A stretch of DNA of 53,830 nt from an uncultured virus (IMG/VR IMGVR_UViG_3300048135_000646). Its lineage: Duplodnaviria > Heunggongvirae > Uroviricota > Caudoviricetes. Where the stretch lies: IMG/VR virus record IMGVR_UViG_3300048135_000646. One strand, written 5' to 3'. The position numbers and the translations under genes are program-made. Positions 47,679 to 53,830 of the stretch are shown piece after piece; the stretch's first letter is position 1; every line of letters begins with the position of its first letter. The notes below the pieces were generated by a model. That model was not told the origin of the DNA and did not search any database. It worked only from the letters and a program-made list of their open reading frames with translations.

Positions 47679-49286
47679 ATGGAACTTGTACAGAAATTTA
47701 ATCAAGTAACTAAACAACAAAGTGTTTACGATGTTCAGGTTGGTGTAGAGGAGATCATTACGGATCAGGATGAGATCAAAAAATTATACGGAGATAAGAA
47801 TTACCGTATAGAATCACAGACCTTAGAGAGAAAGTTAAGTATAAAAGATAATGTACTAATTCTCAAGAAGAGTCTTCTTATAAAAATTCGTAGAGAGGGT
47901 AAACTGTACTTCTCAAAGAAGTTAGAAGTTAGGTATCTAAAAATAGACTTCAACACCGGTAATTTTCTAACTCTATATAGTTTCGGTGGGATTAAAAGGA
48001 AGAGACAACTAATCATAAGAAGAAATTGTTTTGATAAGTTAGAACCGTTCTTTAACTTCAGTAACAGTGATTTTTGGGATTCAGGTGTATTCAAAAATAT
48101 GCAGTATGGTGATAGACTATTTAGAATCCATAACGCAACCCTACAAAAACCAATTACCGATTTTCTAATGAGGAAATATTCATCCTCATGGTCAGGTAAA
48201 GATATTACGGGTCTATTCTCCCGTATTTTCATAGAAATAAAAGGAATAAAGGTACCAAATAATGATATTGACAGACTTATCACATGTTTTTATCCTACAC
48301 AGAAATTCTTAAAGAAAAATAATAATAAGTTAGTCCAATCTGCATTGGATTATATGGGTATGAACGAAAGTTACACTGTAAAATTAGTTCACAAATACCC
48401 TGAATTGGACTATAGGTTATTGAAAACTCTTCACCACATGTTAGGTGGATCAAAATATCTAAGTAATGTAGATCCAAGGTTTTTCACAGACATAAAAGAT
48501 TTTGTGGATCAGGGGGTAATAGTAAGTGACCCCAATATAAATAAATTCAGTTTACGAGTATTGGCGGAAAACCTAAAACAACTACCCGAGTTGTCTAATA
48601 AGGAAAAGGGTAACTTAGTCAAAGTTATAAATGATGTGGTTGATAATGAAACTATGTCAAAAATTGGTTTACCGTGGCATATGTTTATGGATCACCTCAA
48701 TATGATAGGAAAGATACGTCCTTATGATTCAAATGTAGGTTTACATTCAACAACATTCAGGACATTCAATATAGAACATACCGAACTTTCAAATCAAGTA
48801 AGTAAAATAGATAAAGGGTTTGTTATTTCATATAAGTTTAATCCTCAGATGGTTAAAGATGTAGAAACACCTTTAGGTCTTAATGGTGAGTATGTACCAT
48901 ACATACTTAAAGATGAGTCGGAATACACTGAAGAAGGTAAGTACATGAAACATTGTGTGGGGACCTATTACGATAAGGACAAATCAATTATTATCTCCTT
49001 AAGAAATAATAGTAATTTCACTGCCGGTGGAGGAAATGAAAGATGGACAATGGAGTTTGATACAAGGAGTGGTTACCTGATTCAATGTAAGGGTAAACAA
49101 AATAGTCCCGCACCACCACATATAATGGACATGGTAAAAAATGATCTTTTAAAGAAAACAATTACGTGGTCAAGTTCCAATAAGTTGAAGTCTATGAAGA
49201 AAGTGGTGATTCCATTGAAAATAAACGGTAAGGAGGTAGATGTATCAAATCGTATTATACATCATGATATGGATTTACCATTTTAA
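47679..49286 (+). CDS. PcfJ-like domain protein, paralog of 20574-22004
   Basis: EYTEEGKYMKHCVGTY...IISLR...QCKGKQNS; YPTQKFLKKNNNKLV compared with YPKQKYLKTNDRKFV in the paralog. Confidence 0.7.
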   Translation: MELVQKFNQVTKQQSVYDVQVGVEEIITDQDEIKKLYGDKNYRIESQTLERKLSIKDNVLILKKSLLIKIRREGKLYFSKKLEVRYLKIDFNTGNFLTLYSFGGIKRKRQLIIRRNCFDKLEPFFNFSNSDFWDSGVFKNMQYGDRLFRIHNATLQKPITDFLMRKYSSSWSGKDITGLFSRIFIEIKGIKVPNNDIDRLITCFYPTQKFLKKNNNKLVQSALDYMGMNESYTVKLVHKYPELDYRLLKTLHHMLGGSKYLSNVDPRFFTDIKDFVDQGVIVSDPNINKFSLRVLAENLKQLPELSNKEKGNLVKVINDVVDNETMSKIGLPWHMFMDHLNMIGKIRPYDSNVGLHSTTFRTFNIEHTELSNQVSKIDKGFVISYKFNPQMVKDVETPLGLNGEYVPYILKDESEYTEEGKYMKHCVGTYYDKDKSIIISLRNNSNFTAGGGNERWTMEFDTRSGYLIQCKGKQNSPAPPHIMDMVKNDLLKKTITWSSSNKLKSMKKVVIPLKINGKEVDVSNRIIHHDMDLPF

Positions 49287-49482
49287 AATAATGATATGAG
49301 TAAAGATGAAATTAAAGATTTAGAGTTTGATGTGGACAGCATCGATTCGTTGGAGGTAATTAGAGTTACCGATAAAAGTGAGTACCAGCTCGTTTTCAAA
49401 TTAGAAAAGGGGGAACACTACCAAGACATAGAGTTTAGTGTGGGTGAAGATGGTAAGTCACTAAGAATATTTGTTAAATAAT

Positions 49483-49791
49483 ATGGGAAAAGTTAAAGAT
49501 CATTTAAAAAAGTACATAGGTTATTACTTCTTGGTAATGGCCGCTTGGTTAATTTACGAAGGAGAAGGATTAGGGTGGTTCCTTATATTGGTAACCTTCC
49601 TAAAGGCACCACCATTTGACTGGATCGGTAGATTAGAGTCATGGGGTGGGGAACTATCTTATAAGTGGGGAATGAAACTAAGAAAGTGGAAAGAAAAACA
49701 GGTTAAACCGATCAGAATATTAGTCACGATAATCTGTATCATTATAATCATATTAATTTTTTGGTTCGCACCTGAATGTGAACTGTGTTAA
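49483..49791 (+). CDS. Small membrane protein
   Basis: Hydrophobic segments and C-terminal CELC. Confidence 0.55.
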   Translation: MGKVKDHLKKYIGYYFLVMAAWLIYEGEGLGWFLILVTFLKAPPFDWIGRLESWGGELSYKWGMKLRKWKEKQVKPIRILVTIICIIIIILIFWFAPECELC

Positions 49792-49851
49792 TCCCCCGAA
49801 GGGGTCCGTTTCGGTCTGAGGCGGTCGTTCGGGTAAAATGAGGGGTAAATT

Positions 49852-50103
49852 ATGACAAAAGAGTATACGTATAAAGACAATATGGAGGTTATGGATCACA
49901 TCATTAATGAGTTAATGATCGTTAGAACCACACAGGAAATCGAGGGATTCGATAAGGCAACCATGATAACGTTTCTAACTATGTTCCCATCAGTATCTGA
50001 AAAGGGGGATATTATAGAGAGAATGTTTAATGATTATTGTGATGATTACACAGTAAAAGAATGGTACGAGAGTCTATTCAAAGTAAAAATCACAAAGAGA
50101 TGA
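49852..50103 (+). CDS. Hypothetical protein
   Basis: 83-aa ORF. Confidence 0.55.
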   Translation: MTKEYTYKDNMEVMDHIINELMIVRTTQEIEGFDKATMITFLTMFPSVSEKGDIIERMFNDYCDDYTVKEWYESLFKVKITKR

Positions 50104-50280
50104 TGAGTCAAAAAACACTAATGGACAACATCAACAGAGATGATGTATGGGATAGTGCAAAACACGATTATGCCTCGATTCTATTAGAGACTTATGATTC
50201 AGAAGATACAAGGAAGTTCCTATGGGATAAATTCAAAACCACGGGGGATTATTACTATTGTTCAATACTAAAATGAAGTA

Positions 50281-51057
50281 ATGTTATGTAAGAAATGTAA
50301 TAAAGAATTCACACCAAAGAAGGGGGCAAGGAATTACTGTAGTGTCTCTTGTGCAAATTCAAGGACATTCTCAGTAGAGAGTAGGATAAAGAAATCCATA
50401 AAAACCAAGAGAGCTCGAAATCGGGGGGATTACGATCATCTAAATATGAAAGTCATTAATAATGATAAAGAAAAGATCGATAAGTCTACTCAAACGTGGG
50501 TAATCAATTATGAAAAGAAAAGGGGTGAGGGTTATTTACATTCTTGGGACACTATAAGGAAATATCATTTTATAAAACAAAACCATACCTGTCAAGTATG
50601 TGGGTTAAGTGAGTGGATGGGGAAACAGATTCCTTTAGAACTTCATCACATAGATGGTAGAAGAAATAACAACCATGACGATAATCTTCAGGTGATATGT
50701 CCTAACTGTCATTCTCAGACGGACAACTATTGTGGAAAGAACATTAATGATCGTCATCCTGTGGATATTAATGAGAGGGAAGAATTGGGGACAAAGATTG
50801 AACTATTCACTTATAAAGAGATTTTGGAGGATTGGAAAAATTGTGTGATAAAACCAAAAGGGTATCATAGAAAGAGAGATTATCTAAGTAACAAGTATAA
50901 ACTATCTGCCGGAACGATCGGTAAGTTAATTTATATTTACAAAAAGGGACCATTATACATAGAGATGTTGGATAGTGACAGTGATCTAAGTATAAACATG
51001 GTATACAAATTACTTCATGAAACCAATGAGGACCTTCACAAATATTTTGAGGAATAA
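50281..51057 (+). CDS. HNH endonuclease with zinc-finger N-terminus
   Basis: CKKC..YCSVSC; CQVCG...LELHHIDG...NNHDDNLQVICPNCHSQT. Confidence 0.9.
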   Translation: MLCKKCNKEFTPKKGARNYCSVSCANSRTFSVESRIKKSIKTKRARNRGDYDHLNMKVINNDKEKIDKSTQTWVINYEKKRGEGYLHSWDTIRKYHFIKQNHTCQVCGLSEWMGKQIPLELHHIDGRRNNNHDDNLQVICPNCHSQTDNYCGKNINDRHPVDINEREELGTKIELFTYKEILEDWKNCVIKPKGYHRKRDYLSNKYKLSAGTIGKLIYIYKKGPLYIEMLDSDSDLSINMVYKLLHETNEDLHKYFEE

Positions 51058-51081
51058 ACCAATATAACAAATAAATAAAAG

Positions 51082-51834
51082 ATGGAAACAAAACCAATAG
51101 AGTACGTTTATGTAGGAAGAATAATAGATCATTTAAATAGGTTTGTGGATGATTACCATAAGATAGGGGTATCAACCAAACTTATGGCAAGAGAAAAACA
51201 ATTAAGTCCCACTCATTATCCCCATGATGTTCAGTTAGTCAGAATATTTAAAACAGAAAATATGAGAAGGACTGAAGCGATACTACACACTTGTTTCACA
51301 GACTACAGGGTAAAGAAGACCTACAATAAGAAAAAGAAAAAAACGGAATGGTTCTATATAACAGAACCTGAGATATTGGACGCTAGGATTGATAAGTTGG
51401 TACGTAATCTGCCGGGGGTTGAAGAAGTAGATATTGAATTTGCAATTAATGCAGATAAGGACATACTGAAGAACGATAAGAAAGGAATGATCGATAACCA
51501 TAGGAAATCGAGAACAAGACTACAGTTAATATACAAGGGGGAAAATATAACTAAGAATACATCAACAGAAACATACCTCACTACTTTAGGTTTGATTGCA
51601 GAACAATCGGGGTGGGAAAAACTAATGAACAATGAAGTTAGGATAACAACCACTAAGACTGAATTGTGGGAGAGAAACCCAAGTTCAAGTGAGAGTCAGA
51701 TAAAACTATATAAGAAACATTGGTTTTTCACGGGGAATAACAATGAAGTAAAGACAAAGAATCTTAATAAACTAATAAAGAAACTTGATATAAAGGATAT
51801 AGAGGTTTCCATATTAGAGTATACACCAATATAA
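51082..51834 (+). CDS. GIY-YIG (T5orf172/MUG113-like) nuclease
   Basis: YVYVG...KIGVS...REKQLS...EAILH...EWF. Confidence 0.8.
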   Translation: METKPIEYVYVGRIIDHLNRFVDDYHKIGVSTKLMAREKQLSPTHYPHDVQLVRIFKTENMRRTEAILHTCFTDYRVKKTYNKKKKKTEWFYITEPEILDARIDKLVRNLPGVEEVDIEFAINADKDILKNDKKGMIDNHRKSRTRLQLIYKGENITKNTSTETYLTTLGLIAEQSGWEKLMNNEVRITTTKTELWERNPSSSESQIKLYKKHWFFTGNNNEVKTKNLNKLIKKLDIKDIEVSILEYTPI

Positions 51835-51948
51835 CAAAGAAATGAATAGTAAAACTAGATACAGAACGTTAATAATAGTATTGTATGTGTTATTCTGTGT
51901 GGCATATACCACAATACAATTAGTACGCATGATTATTAATTTAATATA

Positions 51949-52572
51949 GTGAATCCATTTAAGTTCAATTATAAGGTAGGTACTATTCTCACAGAACAGG
52001 AATGTAATGATATTCTTAAAGACATATCTTCACAAGATGATAGGTTTATAGTAACTCCTGATCATGGTGAGTTAGACATTTCAGTGTATGAGATTGCAAT
52101 AGATAACCTTAATACTTGTGTGGGTAAGAGTATTATAAAGAATAAGATTAAGGAATTAGAAAAAAGGTTAGGGGTTAAGTATGATGGTGATAGATTCATT
52201 ATCAGGTATAGTGATGATAAACTTGAGATGAAACCTCACTATGATGCATATGCGGATAGTACTCTTATTTATTTAACTACAGATTTTGAGGGTGGATCCA
52301 CTAACTTTCCTATTGCGGGGGTGGAACATAAACCACAAGATTATAAACCAGGTCACTACATACATTATAACTCGAGACACTTATTATCTTTTCACGGGGG
52401 AATGCCTGTAACAAAGGGTATTAAGATTGCAATTGTTCTAAGAGCTACGAAGAATAATATATGGACTTATGTATTGGGTATACCATGGATGTTCCTTTGC
52501 GTGGGGTTTCTACATGTAATAGAAAAGTTCTTTAATAAGGGTATAAGGAAGAATCCTAAAAGCGGGGGATAA
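51949..52572 (+). CDS. 2OG-Fe(II) oxygenase (prolyl/lysyl hydroxylase-like)
   Basis: RY...PHYD...IYLTTDFEGGST.F...HGGMPVTKGIK. Confidence 0.85.
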   Translation: MNPFKFNYKVGTILTEQECNDILKDISSQDDRFIVTPDHGELDISVYEIAIDNLNTCVGKSIIKNKIKELEKRLGVKYDGDRFIIRYSDDKLEMKPHYDAYADSTLIYLTTDFEGGSTNFPIAGVEHKPQDYKPGHYIHYNSRHLLSFHGGMPVTKGIKIAIVLRATKNNIWTYVLGIPWMFLCVGFLHVIEKFFNKGIRKNPKSGG

Positions 52573-52742
52573 TGAGAATAAAGAAGTTCATTAAACGTAT
52601 AAAAGAAAACCCTGATAAAGAAATTAGAAGGGCAACTAATATGTTAAAAAAGAAAGAATCTCTAAGAAAGGAAGTTAAGTCAAAACGTCCTGTAGGTATG
52701 GAATACCAAGACAGGTACGGTTATCGAAAATCGGGGGGATAA
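52572..52742 (+). CDS. 56-aa basic hypothetical protein
   Basis: MRIKKFIKRI...GYRKSGG*, with a TAATG overlap. Confidence 0.45.
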   Translation: MRIKKFIKRIKENPDKEIRRATNMLKKKESLRKEVKSKRPVGMEYQDRYGYRKSGG

Positions 52743-52955
52743 ACCAATATCAATATAGATAATACTATAGATGAAATAGATATAGTTATAGTATATGTTA
52801 TTCTTAAAACTCATAGGTACTCTAATAGTATTCTATATCATAATGAATAGATTCTTCAAATGGTTAGATAAGTAGATATACTCAATTACCATACGTACAA
52901 ATTAAAAAGTATTATACGTAACTACATATAGAATATAGATAAAGAACTATAGTAT

Positions 52956-53405
52956 ATGTATAAGAATATAATCCCAACTCTCATAGTAATAATCTCCCTA
53001 ATAGGTAATAGTCTATATAGTCAAATAGATTGTAGTCCCTATCATAAAATAAGAAACTATAGTATAGATGATAAAGGTAACTATGGTATCTCTTATGTAA
53101 CTTGTTTTCATGCACAAGGTGTAGTAGTAGATCTAAGTTATAAGAGTATAATGATAGGAACTCATATGATGGATAAAGGTCATAACAATACAGTATATGG
53201 ATTCATAAGTTATAGGTATTTCATAGGTAGAAAAACCATAGTTCATATGGGTCCTTTATATAAGATAAATAACGATTCAGGATTACTCATTTGTCAGTAT
53301 GGTTTGGACCATAATCTGTATGGTCCTGTATATTTGACAAGTAGATTCCTACAGGTAAAAAGAGATCTAAATTATCTAAATGTAGGTATTAAAATAACCC
53401 TATAG
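52956..53405 (+). CDS. Putative secreted small beta-barrel protein
   Basis: Signal peptide (SLYSQ), alternating strands, and C-terminal NVGIKITL. Confidence 0.5.
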   Translation: MYKNIIPTLIVIISLIGNSLYSQIDCSPYHKIRNYSIDDKGNYGISYVTCFHAQGVVVDLSYKSIMIGTHMMDKGHNNTVYGFISYRYFIGRKTIVHMGPLYKINNDSGLLICQYGLDHNLYGPVYLTSRFLQVKRDLNYLNVGIKITL

Positions 53406-53407
53406 TA

Positions 53408-53826
53408 GTCATACAAATTTACCCCCGAATAATCATTTCCAGACCCCCTAAGAACGTCATACATACTTTGTACCGTTAAGTGTCCATAAGTCATACAAAA
53501 GTGTCTTAAAACGTATGTATTACAGTCCTTTTTTGTCGTAGTTAATTTTTTAGGTCTCACTACCCCCGAATCGGTACTTTTCTTAGGTACGTATATATAG
53601 GACCTCGTTTTTCCCACTTTCTACCACTTTCCTGCACCACGTAGGGTATTGTGTCGTGTGCGACTCAAAGACACTTTTTCTAAAAATTTATAAATATGAT
53701 ACCGTTATATCGGTCATACACCCCTGAACCCCGTATAATAGTTAAGTCATTATACTATAATATGTCATACATTATACCCCCACAATATAAGTGTTATATC
53801 GTTATACTCGGATGAGATGTCATACA
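53408..53826 (+). repeat. Six direct copies of GTCATACA
   Basis: Copies at 53408, 53456, 53490, 53713, 53764 and 53819. Confidence 0.8.
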
Positions 53827-53830
53827 CCCG

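Noticed and set aside
442..51653. Numerous 60-160-aa antisense or alternate-frame ORFs in the track
   Set aside because: They are fully nested within well-supported genes and show no independent signals.
53372..53617. 81-aa minus-strand ORF
   Set aside because: It has no recognisable motif and overlaps the repeat-rich region whose repeats extend beyond it; not excluded, but unsupported.
1..53830. Stop-codon reassignment
   Set aside because: Conserved genes are full length in code 11, and TAG, TGA and TAA all end genes at sensible positions.
1..53830. tRNA or rRNA genes
   Set aside because: No cloverleaf or T-arm consensus was seen in intergenic space; this was checked by eye only.

Overview
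This is an AT-rich, densely coding segment that reads as part of a large (jumbo-type) tailed bacteriophage genome using the standard code 11. The host is most likely a Bacteroidota/Flavobacteriia species: there are eight TAnnTTTG promoter elements, A-rich start contexts without Shine-Dalgarno sequences, and Flavobacteria-style genes. From left to right the window holds (1) the 3' part of a giant modular tail fibre with an S74 chaperone domain, followed by fibrinogen-like and LamG adhesin genes, (2) a minus-strand glycosylation cluster, and (3) a long accessory region with a DNA MTase, thyA, IscA, rfbC, mgsA, metK, Hc1, CDGSH, 2OG-Fe(II), HNH and GIY-YIG genes plus many small ORFs. The strongest unexplained signals are a ~400-nt highly structured non-coding RNA with its own promoter and terminator (44917-45320), a permuted ATP-grasp/Hint/Cys-rich-peptide fusion protein (24719-26767), and an origin- or terminus-like region at the right end with GTCATACA repeats and polarised CGGGGG motifs. 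All calls come from reading motifs by eye; no database searches were run.
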